A stretch of 35,576 bases of DNA, taken from IMG/VR virus record IMGVR_UViG_3300046507_000662. One strand, 5' to 3'. Every line of letters starts with the position of its first letter. Within the stretch, counting starts at the first letter, position 1. Source of the DNA: an uncultured virus (IMG/VR IMGVR_UViG_3300046507_000662) (lineage: Duplodnaviria > Heunggongvirae > Uroviricota > Caudoviricetes). The notes beneath the pieces were generated by a model. The model saw nothing but the letters and a program-made list of their open reading frames with translations. It was not told the origin of the DNA and did not search any database. Shown in pieces: positions 7,366 through 15,672 of this stretch. The translations under genes were made by a program, and so were the position numbers.

Positions 7366-7932
7366 ATGCGGATCACCGTCACGGTGGACCAACCCACACC
7401 CGACTTCCAGGCCAAGCTCCTCGCCCTTCTCGCCGAACATGCCGAGGACGTCGAGACCGACACGACCTGGACCGAGGAACGCGCCACCCACTACTACCGG
7501 ATGCTTCCGGCCCGCGCCCGACGCATCGTCAAGGAAGCCGTCGAACGCGGTGGCATGGTCCCGGCCGACGCGCTCCGCGACAAGCCCGACGACAGCCTGC
7601 GCGGCCACAGCGCCCCGCTCAGCCGCATCCTCCAGCGCGGCAAGATGCTCAGTCGCTGGCCTGAGGGCATCGACCAGCCGGTGAAGCCCCTCGGGCCCGG
7701 CTTCGGCAAGGTCGAGGGCTACGAGATCGCCGACGACCTCATCTCCGTCTTCGAGACCGCCATCCGCAACGTAGAGAATCTCCACTCCGCCAGGGTCAAC
7801 GAACTCCGCAAGTCCATCCGCGCCAACCGGCCAGAGCCCATCGACGATGCACCCCTCCGTGACGCGGTGGCCCGGCAGGACGCAGCCGCGCGCACCAACC
7901 GGGAGCCGACCGACCGCGACGACGAGAAGTGA
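7366..7932 (+). CDS. Hypothetical protein, possible winged-helix domain
   Basis: RBS GGGAG; WTEERATHYYRMLPARARRIVKEAVERGGMVPADALR...SLRG; GC3 bias. Confidence 0.75.
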   Translation: MRITVTVDQPTPDFQAKLLALLAEHAEDVETDTTWTEERATHYYRMLPARARRIVKEAVERGGMVPADALRDKPDDSLRGHSAPLSRILQRGKMLSRWPEGIDQPVKPLGPGFGKVEGYEIADDLISVFETAIRNVENLHSARVNELRKSIRANRPEPIDDAPLRDAVARQDAAARTNREPTDRDDEK

Positions 7933-7948
7933 GGACACCGACCATGGC
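7913..7948 (+). repeat. 36-bp gene-junction direct repeat, copy 1
   Basis: ACCGCGACGACGAGAAGTGAGGACACCGACCATGGC. Confidence 0.9.
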
Positions 7949-8156
7949 CAGCGTCCCCGTATTCCTGCACTTCCCGGATGGAGAGTCTCCGCTCGTCGAG
8001 ATGGCGGCTGTTCCTCGGCAAGGCGACACCGTTGAGTGGTCCGGCGATCCTTACAGCGAGTGGACTGTCACAAGGGTCGCCTGGACGGCAATGCCCGATC
8101 AGCCTGGCGGCGTGGGCCTGCACCTCGCGCCAGCCAACCGCGACAACGAGAAGTGA
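7944..8156 (+). CDS. Small hypothetical protein (70 aa)
   Basis: ATG at 7944 within the repeat, RBS GAGGA. Confidence 0.7.
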   Translation: MASVPVFLHFPDGESPLVEMAAVPRQGDTVEWSGDPYSEWTVTRVAWTAMPDQPGGVGLHLAPANRDNEK

Positions 8157-8172
8157 GGACACCGACCATGGC
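8137..8172 (+). repeat. 36-bp gene-junction direct repeat, copy 2
   Basis: ACCGCGACAACGAGAAGTGAGGACACCGACCATGGC (one mismatch to copy 1). Confidence 0.9.
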
Positions 8173-8644
8173 TACCGCAGCGCCACCGTCTCCCGTCCTC
8201 CTGCTGCCGACCAACGACCCAAGGCTTGTCGAGAAGGCCGCTGTCGACGGCATTGTGGACGGCTTCGAACCCGAGACGTTCCTGTGGATCGTCTTCCACC
8301 GTCCCGACGGTGGTACCCGCATCTGGTACGCCTGGACCGTTGGCGGGACCGACCTCGGTGACCGCGTTGACCGCTTGGCCCTCGCCGCCGGGCTCGACAG
8401 CGCCGACTGGTTTCACATCGGCGACCGGCACTGCCAGCATTCCACCCGAGGACGCATCGGGATCCAGGCGTACGCACTGCGCCCGATCCTGGCGGACGTG
8501 CAGAACGGTGTCCGTAGTCCGGAAGAGCGCAGGGAAGGGCTGCGCCGCATCGTGCGGAAGGCGGCTGAGATGACCGGCCAGACGCCGCGCACCCTGACTC
8601 CGCGCTGGCTCGGGGTCGGCCCCACCCTGCTCAACCACAAGTAG
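8168..8644 (+). CDS. Hypothetical protein
   Basis: ATG at 8168 within the repeat; GC3 bias. Confidence 0.75.
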   Translation: MATAAPPSPVLLLPTNDPRLVEKAAVDGIVDGFEPETFLWIVFHRPDGGTRIWYAWTVGGTDLGDRVDRLALAAGLDSADWFHIGDRHCQHSTRGRIGIQAYALRPILADVQNGVRSPEERREGLRRIVRKAAEMTGQTPRTLTPRWLGVGPTLLNHK

Positions 8645-8662
8645 AGCCCCGCCCCACACGCT

Positions 8663-8698
8663 GCGGTGCCCCGGCTGAGGAAAGCAGCCGGGGCACCG
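8663..8698. repeat. Hairpin repeat, copy 2 (probable terminator between converging genes)
   Basis: GCGGTGCCCCGGCTG-AGGAAAG-CAGCCGGGGCACCG. Confidence 0.85.
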
Positions 8699-8707
8699 TC
8701 ATGCACG

Positions 8708-8875
8708 CTACTTGCCGCCGCGCGCCGCCTCTACCGCCGCCAGGCAGACGACGCACAGGGGGCAGCCGCCGAGCCCGTACCGGTGGGTGGGGTGGCCGCA
8801 GCCCGCGCACGGGCCGACCTGGGCGGGCGCGCACACAGGTGCGGGAGGGACGGGACGGGCTGCAGTGGTGCTCAT
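8708..8875 (-). CDS. Small zinc-finger protein
   Basis: GPCAGCGHPTHRYGLGGCPLCVVC; TACGAT lies 6 nt before ATG 8875 (leaderless). Confidence 0.65.
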   Translation of the reverse strand: MSTTAARPVPPAPVCAPAQVGPCAGCGHPTHRYGLGGCPLCVVCLAAVEAARGGK

Positions 8876-8933
8876 GGCGCCATCGTACGTACGCGCGACC
8901 TTCAGCCCTGACCGGAGCATCAAGTAGACGCCA

Positions 8934-8978
8934 GAATCCCCCCGCCACCTGCCGTGATGGCAGGTGGCGGGGGGATTC
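8934..8978 (-). terminator. Late operon terminator
   Basis: 20-bp perfect stem GAATCCCCCCGCCACCTGCC / GGCAGGTGGCGGGGGGATTC. Confidence 0.75.
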
Positions 8979-8987
8979 CATAGTGGG

Positions 8988-9314
8988 TCACAGGGTGGGC
9001 GCGGGGGTGAGCCCGTTGCGTGCGGCGATGTCGAGGCCCTGGCGGGCGAGGGCCACGCAGCGCGGCGGGAGCGCGGACACGTCGCGGCCGGCGAGGATTC
9101 CGTCGATCGCGGCGTGAACGTTCATGTGGTCCGTCGGACAGATGGCGACGATCGGCGTGTCGATGGTCTTCCCAGCGACCGCCCACCAGGACTTAGGGCA
9201 GACGTGGTGCCGCTCCAGGATCGCGCAAGCATGCCGTTTGTAGAGGGTGCAGGAGCGCAGCAGCACCCGCCCGTCAGTGACGGCGAGCTCCCGCGGTGTC
9301 GGCGGTTCATGCAT
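8988..9314 (-). CDS. Small HNH-like endonuclease
   Basis: ERHHVCPKSW...IVAICPTDHMNVH. Confidence 0.7.
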   Translation of the reverse strand: MHEPPTPRELAVTDGRVLLRSCTLYKRHACAILERHHVCPKSWWAVAGKTIDTPIVAICPTDHMNVHAAIDGILAGRDVSALPPRCVALARQGLDIAARNGLTPAPTL

Positions 9315-9323
9315 ACGGGCTCC

Positions 9324-9998
9324 TCAGGCACGGCGTTTCAGCGTGAGCGGCAGCAGCGGGGTGGAACTGTCGCTCGGCGACGGCTGCTCGCTAGGACTCG
9401 GACTGGGCGAGGGCGACGGACTGGCCGTGCTCGTCTGCACACAGTGATAGCGCGGATTGTTCGGGTCGAAGTTGTCGACCGCGGTGCACTGGTACTCGTT
9501 GCCGTCCTGGTCGGTGTACGTCCAGGAGGTCGGAGGAGAACCGTTACTGCCGTCCTTGCCCGGCGCGCCGCTCGCGCCCTCGGCTCCCGTGGGCCCGGCA
9601 GGTCCGGCGGGGCCAGCCACCGTGGAGTTCGCTCCCGGGGCGCCCGACGGTCCCGGAGGGCCGGTCGGCCCGGGGCTCGGGGTGATGGTGGGGGCGTCCT
9701 TGCCCGGCTGTCCGGACTCGCCCGACGGGCCTGCGGGCCCGGACGGTCCGATCAAGCCTGCCGCGCCGGCAGAACCGCGCGGCCCGGCCACGGGGGTACC
9801 GCCCAGTGATTTGACCTGCGCCGCGAGGAGGTCGCTGCGATGTCGTTCAGCCGAAAGGGTCTGCGACATCATCAGGAACCCGGTGACGACAGCGGCCAGG
9901 GTGGCAGCTGCCAAAACGATCGCCGCAGCGGCGATCAGGTTGCCCCGCCGGTGTCGCTTGCGTGCTTCCACCCGGCTGCCAGGCCTCGGGGGATTCAA
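9324..9998 (-). CDS. Membrane-anchored collagen-like protein
   Basis: N-terminal TM helix, coiled coil, Gly-X-Y repeats, small two-Cys domain, Ser-Pro repeat tail. Confidence 0.8.
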   Translation of the reverse strand: MNPPRPGSRVEARKRHRRGNLIAAAAIVLAAATLAAVVTGFLMMSQTLSAERHRSDLLAAQVKSLGGTPVAGPRGSAGAAGLIGPSGPAGPSGESGQPGKDAPTITPSPGPTGPPGPSGAPGANSTVAGPAGPAGPTGAEGASGAPGKDGSNGSPPTSWTYTDQDGNEYQCTAVDNFDPNNPRYHCVQTSTASPSPSPSPSPSEQPSPSDSSTPLLPLTLKRRA

Positions 9999-10342
9999 GA
10001 CTTCCCTCCAACCATGAAAAGAATGACTGGGATGACGAGCCCGAGGATCGGGATGATGACCGAGGCGACCATGTAGCGGCGGGTTTGTGTGACCCGGACG
10101 GCGTCCTGGGAGCGCTGCTCTTGAATGGCAGCCACGTCCCGGTCGTGCTTGTTGGCCAGTTGTTCCAGGTCTTTCCCGAGGTCGCTGATGTCTTTCGCCA
10201 TCGCCGCTTTTTCCGCGGCGTACACGTCAGCGCTCACCAGCTTGTCGAGACGAGCGTTAATCAACGCCATGTCCTCGCGGACATCACCTCGTAGGAGCTG
10301 GATGAGCCGTCCCAGCTCGCCCAGAGACGGCTCATCGGCCAT
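9995..10342 (-). CDS. Lysis-cassette membrane protein (coiled coil plus C-terminal TM)
   Basis: C-terminal hydrophobic VASVIIPILGLVIPVILF; follows the holin. Confidence 0.75.
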   Translation of the reverse strand: MADEPSLGELGRLIQLLRGDVREDMALINARLDKLVSADVYAAEKAAMAKDISDLGKDLEQLANKHDRDVAAIQEQRSQDAVRVTQTRRYMVASVIIPILGLVIPVILFMVGGKS

Positions 10343-10376
10343 GACGTGCTCCGGTGGGGGGTGTCGATAACAGAGG

Positions 10377-10751
10377 TCAGGCCACGCGCTCGAGGTTCGG
10401 GCTCTTCAGCGCGGCCGCGGGTACCGGCGCGGTGACCTGCGTTCGGCTCCACAGGCCGATCACGACGGTGACCAGCGACAGCCACAGGGCCTGGTGGTCG
10501 GCGTCGAGCTTCAGGCCGAAGCCGACCGCGGCGGCAACGAGGGCCTGCGCCAGATTGAAGACTGCCGCGCCGATCGAGTCGTGAGCCATGACGGCGATGA
10601 ACAGGGCGACGCCGCACGCGGCGACGGTGTTGACGGTGGCCTGCTGGTTCACGGTGGCGTGGAACACGTAGGCGGACCCGAGTTTCACCAGAATGCTGAC
10701 GAACGCCAGGACCGCGGCGGGCTCACGCCCGAAGATCTTGATGGAAGGCAT
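10377..10751 (-). CDS. Holin
   Basis: IFGREPA N-terminus, about 4 hydrophobic segments, RTQVTAPV tail; directly downstream of the endolysin. Confidence 0.75.
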   Translation of the reverse strand: MPSIKIFGREPAAVLAFVSILVKLGSAYVFHATVNQQATVNTVAACGVALFIAVMAHDSIGAAVFNLAQALVAAAVGFGLKLDADHQALWLSLVTVVIGLWSRTQVTAPVPAAALKSPNLERVA

Positions 10752-10801
10752 GGGAGAGACCGTTTCTTCTCTGCTGGCGGATGTCAGCGGGGTGGGTGGG
10801 G

Positions 10802-11617
10802 CTACTTCTTGCGGAGGCCGTTGGCGACCTGCCACGCGTACAGCCACGTCTTGGGGCCGGTGAGCCCGTCGGCGGGGCCGAGGTCGGTGAGGTAGTGCTG
10901 TTGGAGGGCCTTGACCTTGTCCAGGTCGAGCTGCGTCATGGTCCGGGACGGGCCGACGCGGTATGCCGGTCCCCAGCCGCCGCGCTGGAGCCACGTCTGG
11001 AGCTGCAGCGCAGAGTCGTCGGTGGCGCCGAGCTTGAACTTGTCTCGGCCGGGGAACGGCGGGACGGTCAGCTGCGGCGACCAGCGCCAGGAGGTGACCG
11101 CCTTGCCGCCGCGCGGGTCGGTGGGGTCGGCGGTCGGCGGGCACTGCCCGTCAGGGAACCGCGGGGCGAAGTAACCGGTGACGTAGTCGCTGCGGCGGGC
11201 GTGCTCGTGGTGCCAGACGCCGTTGCCCTGCCCGTTGTCGGACGCGCCAGCCTGGATGCTGTTGCCGCCCTTGGTGTACACGTTGTCGGCGTCGAAGCCG
11301 ACCACCAGCTCGGTGTGGGAGCCGCTGCCGAAGTCGACCCACGCACCCACGCTGGGGTACTGCGACCACTGGCCGTGCTGCCGGGCGAAGGCTGCCATGC
11401 CGGACACGGAGGCGGTTTTCGGGACGACCGCGTCGAGGCCGATGTCGTGGTACATGTCCCAGTCGAAGATGGCGCACCAGGCGACGCCGTCCCAGCCGTA
11501 CTCCTTGCCGAAGATCGTGTGGTTGTCCCAGCCGACGATGGAGTTCCACGTCTCATAGATCCGCTCAGGTACGGCCATCACGTGGTCGACGAGGCGGCGC
11601 CAATCGGAAGTTGCCAT
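10802..11617 (-). CDS. Endolysin (CHAP domain plus peptidoglycan-binding domain)
   Basis: YGWDGVAWCAIF...SHTELVV...GGNS catalytic motifs; C-terminal KVKALQQ...ADGLTGPKTW. Confidence 0.85.
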   Translation of the reverse strand: MATSDWRRLVDHVMAVPERIYETWNSIVGWDNHTIFGKEYGWDGVAWCAIFDWDMYHDIGLDAVVPKTASVSGMAAFARQHGQWSQYPSVGAWVDFGSGSHTELVVGFDADNVYTKGGNSIQAGASDNGQGNGVWHHEHARRSDYVTGYFAPRFPDGQCPPTADPTDPRGGKAVTSWRWSPQLTVPPFPGRDKFKLGATDDSALQLQTWLQRGGWGPAYRVGPSRTMTQLDLDKVKALQQHYLTDLGPADGLTGPKTWLYAWQVANGLRKK

Positions 11618-11618
11618 G

Positions 11619-12455
11619 TCAGAGTCCCTTTGCGGTGAGCCACGCGTGGGCGGCCTTGGCCATGGCGGCGTCGACCGAGGCGGGCGTGGGGGTGGGCGTT
11701 GGTGTCGGGGTGGGCGCCGGGGAGCTGAGCGGCACGAAGAACGTGACGTCGCCCTGCTCGTCGAGGAGACGTCCCCAGTCGTCGAAGGAGAAGCAGAACG
11801 TGCCGTTCAGGCCCCAGCCGGCGGTCCAGGAGTTGCGGGCCCAGACGAGCTTGTTGACGGCGTCGATGCCGTACACGCAGAACTCGTGACCCCCGCGGAC
11901 CGAGCCGGAGATCTTCACGCGGCCGCTGGCGTCCGGGTTGTCGAATCCCTCGTACCAGTTGACGCCGGTGATGCACGGCAGCGAGCCGAGCCCCTTGAGG
12001 GCGGCATCCAGGGAGAGGGCGTGCTGGTAGCCGGAGATGAGCCCGGCCTTCTGCGCGGCCTTGGCCCCGGCCAGTCCGACCGATCCGGTGTCGTCCGGCT
12101 TCCATGAGCCCTTGATGTTGTCCAGATGCGTGGCCACCGAGTACAGGCCGTAGCCCTGCTGGTTGTCGGTGTCGACATCGCCGGTGGGTCGGGCGGCCGC
12201 CGTGGTGGGGATCGCCGCGTAGAACGGGTCGGCGGACGTGCAGGCCTCGGTGCCGAAGCCGACGCAGGCGCCGACGTTGGCCTGGTCGAGGACGGGCGCG
12301 TTCACCGTATGAAAGGCGGAGGTGTAGCCGGTGCTGAGGAGGTCCTCGGACAGGGCGTAGGCGCGCGAGCGTTCGTCGTGCTCGACGTGCCGGCCGAGCC
12401 TGCCGCCGGTGTCGCTGGGGTGTTCTTCGATGTGGCGGGTGACGATCACGGTCAA
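11619..12455 (-). CDS. Papain-like (C1) cysteine peptidase
   Basis: DQANVGACVGF (Gln/Cys), GGHEFCVYG (His), RNSWTAGWG (Asn); Pro-Thr linker. Confidence 0.85.
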   Translation of the reverse strand: MTVIVTRHIEEHPSDTGGRLGRHVEHDERSRAYALSEDLLSTGYTSAFHTVNAPVLDQANVGACVGFGTEACTSADPFYAAIPTTAAARPTGDVDTDNQQGYGLYSVATHLDNIKGSWKPDDTGSVGLAGAKAAQKAGLISGYQHALSLDAALKGLGSLPCITGVNWYEGFDNPDASGRVKISGSVRGGHEFCVYGIDAVNKLVWARNSWTAGWGLNGTFCFSFDDWGRLLDEQGDVTFFVPLSSPAPTPTPTPTPTPASVDAAMAKAAHAWLTAKGL

Positions 12456-12480
12456 CGAGGGCTCCGAGAGGGCGAAGGGG

Positions 12481-12516
12481 GCATACGAAAGCCCCCAGGC
12501 CGGGCGGCCGAGGGGC
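12481..12516 (-). terminator. Putative internal terminator
   Basis: GC stem followed by TTTCGTATGC on the minus strand. Confidence 0.5.
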
Positions 12517-12530
12517 GGTGAGGATGTCGG

Positions 12531-13634
12531 TTAGTTGCAGGGGTAGCTGGCTGGGGGGATCCAGCGGTGTCCGTCGCCGGGCGTCCCTGCGGTCGGCGTG
12601 TAGGTGAGCGGGGACAGCAGCACGTCGGCGGCGGCCTCGTTGCGGGTGCCCTGCCACAGGTCAGTGCCCTGGTACGGGACGCCGTCCACCACGCTCACGG
12701 TCCGGGCCTGGCCGCCGCACCCGAGGCTGATGTCGCGGCGCCCGCCCGCCGGTGCGGACCAGCCAAGGTTGCCGGGTGCGGTCCACGGGCCCGTCAGGGA
12801 GGGGGCGGTGGCGTAGCCGGTCGGTGTGCCGGTGCAGTAGCCGCACTTCTCGGCGTAGGTCATCACCCACGTCCCGGACGTGGGGTCCTGCCAGGCTCCG
12901 ACGCCCTCGACGTCGGCGAGCCCGGCCAGCCCGTTGCTCCCGGTGCCGTTGCCGTTGGCCCACCACTTGTCGAGCTGCTCGATAGCGAGGGTGCCCCCAT
13001 AGCTACAGATGATCGCCGCGCCGCCCGTACTGTCGGGCACGAGGGCGAAGTCGCCATTGTTGCCCGCGCATTGATGGAGTGCCGGCTTGTGGGTTGAGCC
13101 GTTCGGCGCCCCGGCGGACGTCCCGCATGGACCCGCAGGGCCGTTGCAGCCCATGATCCAGTACGCGGACGTTGAGGTAGATGTGCGGGCGTCGGGCATG
13201 TTGAACCAGAGGACCCACACCCCGTCGGGCCTGACGGCCAGGCGCGGGTTGAAGCAGCCGTGGCCGTTCACCGTGGCGCACTCGGCGGCGAAGGTCTTCC
13301 CGCTGTAGGGATCCACCTCGTTGACCGGGAACAGCAGTTGGGGGGAGGACCAGGGTCCTTCCAGTGACGGAGCGGTGGACACGCCGAACCCGCACCAGGG
13401 GCTGGGGACGTACCACTGGTAGCCGCAGCCGTACATGGAGCCGACCATGTAGTAGGTGCCGCTGTCCTTGTACGCCATGCCGTCGTGCAGGTCGAGGCCG
13501 TCGATGGCGACCGGGCCAGCCGTGGTGCTGGACGCGGGGTCGGACGCGGCCGGTGTGCTGCCCGCGCCGAGCAGTGCGGCGGTGCTGAGGATGAGAGCGG
13601 CCAGGACGCCGCGAATGCGTATGCGCAGGGGCAC
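12531..13634 (-). CDS. Secreted GH43-like five-bladed beta-propeller glycoside hydrolase
   Basis: Sec-type signal peptide; LHDG...YYMVG, FNPRL, GDFALVPD, VEGVG, YATAPSLTGPW, GQ motifs; RBS AAGGAGG. Confidence 0.7.
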   Translation of the reverse strand: MPLRIRIRGVLAALILSTAALLGAGSTPAASDPASSTTAGPVAIDGLDLHDGMAYKDSGTYYMVGSMYGCGYQWYVPSPWCGFGVSTAPSLEGPWSSPQLLFPVNEVDPYSGKTFAAECATVNGHGCFNPRLAVRPDGVWVLWFNMPDARTSTSTSAYWIMGCNGPAGPCGTSAGAPNGSTHKPALHQCAGNNGDFALVPDSTGGAAIICSYGGTLAIEQLDKWWANGNGTGSNGLAGLADVEGVGAWQDPTSGTWVMTYAEKCGYCTGTPTGYATAPSLTGPWTAPGNLGWSAPAGGRRDISLGCGGQARTVSVVDGVPYQGTDLWQGTRNEAAADVLLSPLTYTPTAGTPGDGHRWIPPASYPCN

Positions 13635-13670
13635 GCCTGACCTCCTTTCGTCAGGCGACAGAGAGACAGG

Positions 13671-14588
13671 TCAGGTGAGGGAGGGTTCGAGGAGGATCGA
13701 CCGGTAGGCGATCGTCTGCGTGCCCGCGGCGTTCATCCGGTGCTTCGTGGTGACGGTGAGGGTCTCGCCGGGGGTCAGCCCGGTCAGCCGGTGCCGCAGG
13801 CTGAGGCTGATGTTGTTGGCGCCGTTGACGACCAGCGCGGCGGTGTCGTTCTCCGTGTACTGGGTGCCGCTGACGCTGCCGGTCGCGCGCCAGGACGTGT
13901 GGGCGTTGAGGCCGGCCGGGGCGCGCTGTGTGCAGCGGATGTCGACGAGGACGCGCCCGGTCGGGGGCACGATGCAGGTGGCGGAGAAAGCGCCGCCTGC
14001 CGCGTCGGCGTAGGTGGTGCTGGTGTTAGTGCTGCCGGTGGTGTCCTCGGCCCAGCCGGGCGTCGTGGTGGTGCCAGTGGCTCCGATCCCGGCCGCGCTC
14101 ACGGTGACGGCGACACCGGACGCGAGGGTCACGGTGAGGCCGGTCGGCGTCAGCGCCAGGCTCGCTCCGGCCGCGGCAAGCGTCGCGACTGCGGTCTCGC
14201 CGCCCTCCTCGCCGCCCTGCAGCGTCAGCCCCGCAGTGCTGGGCCCGGCCTGCGGGGAGAGCAGCACCGCGACCGGCACGCTCCCGGCCACGGTGGGTTT
14301 GCGGTAGGTGGTGAGCACGCCTGCGGCGATGTCCGCGACGGCGGACAGCAGGGCGACCGCGGGCGGGTAGATGACCGAGCTGTCCGGCAGGGTGATGCCG
14401 GTGGGGCTGGCGGGGACGAGCTGGAGTGTCTGGCCGCCTGAGCCGAGGGCGGAGAGAGCCCCGGACGAGAGGGAGGCGTGCTCCAGGCTCCGGGAGGCTC
14501 TCAGCTCCTTGACCGCGCGCTGGAGTGCGCGGATCGTCTCCCACAGGGCGCGGGGGTTGCCGGGCAGGTTCTCGGCGGGCAACGGCAC
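13671..14588 (-). CDS. Minor tail / fibre protein
   Basis: N-terminal short coiled coil, beta-rich body; position at the end of the tail module. Confidence 0.7.
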   Translation of the reverse strand: MPLPAENLPGNPRALWETIRALQRAVKELRASRSLEHASLSSGALSALGSGGQTLQLVPASPTGITLPDSSVIYPPAVALLSAVADIAAGVLTTYRKPTVAGSVPVAVLLSPQAGPSTAGLTLQGGEEGGETAVATLAAAGASLALTPTGLTVTLASGVAVTVSAAGIGATGTTTTPGWAEDTTGSTNTSTTYADAAGGAFSATCIVPPTGRVLVDIRCTQRAPAGLNAHTSWRATGSVSGTQYTENDTAALVVNGANNISLSLRHRLTGLTPGETLTVTTKHRMNAAGTQTIAYRSILLEPSLT

Positions 14589-14589
14589 G

Positions 14590-15672
14590 TCAGTCCCCCT
14601 CCACCAGTACGGGGGTGATCCGGTCGGCGGCCGGGTCGAGACGCCAGGCGTAGGCGCGGGACACGGTCTCCGCTCCCCGGGGGTGGCGGGGGGAGTAGCC
14701 GATCTGGACGTGGACGCTGTCCCCGAGCCCCCAGTCCCGGCCGAGGCGCGGGGCCCTTGAAGCGACGGCGTCCACCGTCCAGGTGCGGGTGCCGGTGCGC
14801 TGTTGGGCGAGGGCCTGGACGGCGTGGGCGGTGAGCTGGTCGGGATCGGTCAGCCCGCTGCTGGGGGTATAGCGGTTCTCCCACCGGCACCATCCGGCCG
14901 TGATGAGGCCGATGTCGGTCTGGTCGACGCCCTTCAGCCGGGCCGAGCCCTCCCCGTCGCCCCAGGCCCGCACGGCGGTCGCGCCGCGCCCGGACTCGTA
15001 TGACTCGGCGAGGCTGTAGGTGGAGATGCAGCCGGGCAGGTCGAACACGGCCTCGGGGTTGGGGGACTGGACGCCGATGGTCGGGCGGACCCTCAATACG
15101 AGCTGGACGGCGGTCTGTGCGGCGTCCACCCACACCGTGTCGACTGTCCACTCCGGGGCGCCCTCCATGCCCGCCAGTTCCTGGAGGGCGGACAGGACGG
15201 TGCGGTCGTCGCCGTCCAGCAGCTGGTAGACGATTGCCGCGCTTCCTGCGGGGGCGTCCACGACGAACGGCGGGGCGTCGGTGAGGACTGCGGTGACGAG
15301 GTCGCCCATGATGAGGGCCTGGTCGCGCGCGATGCCGTTGTAGGTGCCGGTGTAGCGGCGGTCGAGGTAGGCCTCCGGGGTGGCGGCGCCGAGCTGCACG
15401 ACAGGGTCGGAGCCGCCCGTGCGGGTGAGGACGAGCCCCGACCAGATCGGCTGACTGGTGTAGGTGTCGACGGCGACCAGCAGCGTGCGTCCCGGATCGG
15501 TAGCCGCCTCCCACTCCGCCGGCGCCCCAGCCAGAGTCAGATCGAGCTGTGCGGTGCTGGAGAGGCTGAGCCTGCTTTCGATCGCCCCGGACGGCGCGAG
15601 CGAGCGCAGCTCTTCAGCGATCCGGCCGGACTTCAGGTCGCAGGCCAGCCAGGCGAGTTCGACCGCGCTCAT
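14590..15672 (-). CDS. Minor tail protein (ReqiPepy6 Gp37-like baseplate hub)
   Basis: WSGLV...AYLDRRY...WGLGDSV motifs; synteny. Confidence 0.75.
   Translation of the reverse strand: MSAVELAWLACDLKSGRIAEELRSLAPSGAIESRLSLSSTAQLDLTLAGAPAEWEAATDPGRTLLVAVDTYTSQPIWSGLVLTRTGGSDPVVQLGAATPEAYLDRRYTGTYNGIARDQALIMGDLVTAVLTDAPPFVVDAPAGSAAIVYQLLDGDDRTVLSALQELAGMEGAPEWTVDTVWVDAAQTAVQLVLRVRPTIGVQSPNPEAVFDLPGCISTYSLAESYESGRGATAVRAWGDGEGSARLKGVDQTDIGLITAGWCRWENRYTPSSGLTDPDQLTAHAVQALAQQRTGTRTWTVDAVASRAPRLGRDWGLGDSVHVQIGYSPRHPRGAETVSRAYAWRLDPAADRITPVLVEGD

Noticed and set aside
7913..8172. 36-bp direct repeats as a CRISPR array
   Set aside because: Only two good copies; the spacer is 188 bp of coding sequence; the repeat contains stop, RBS and start; no cas genes
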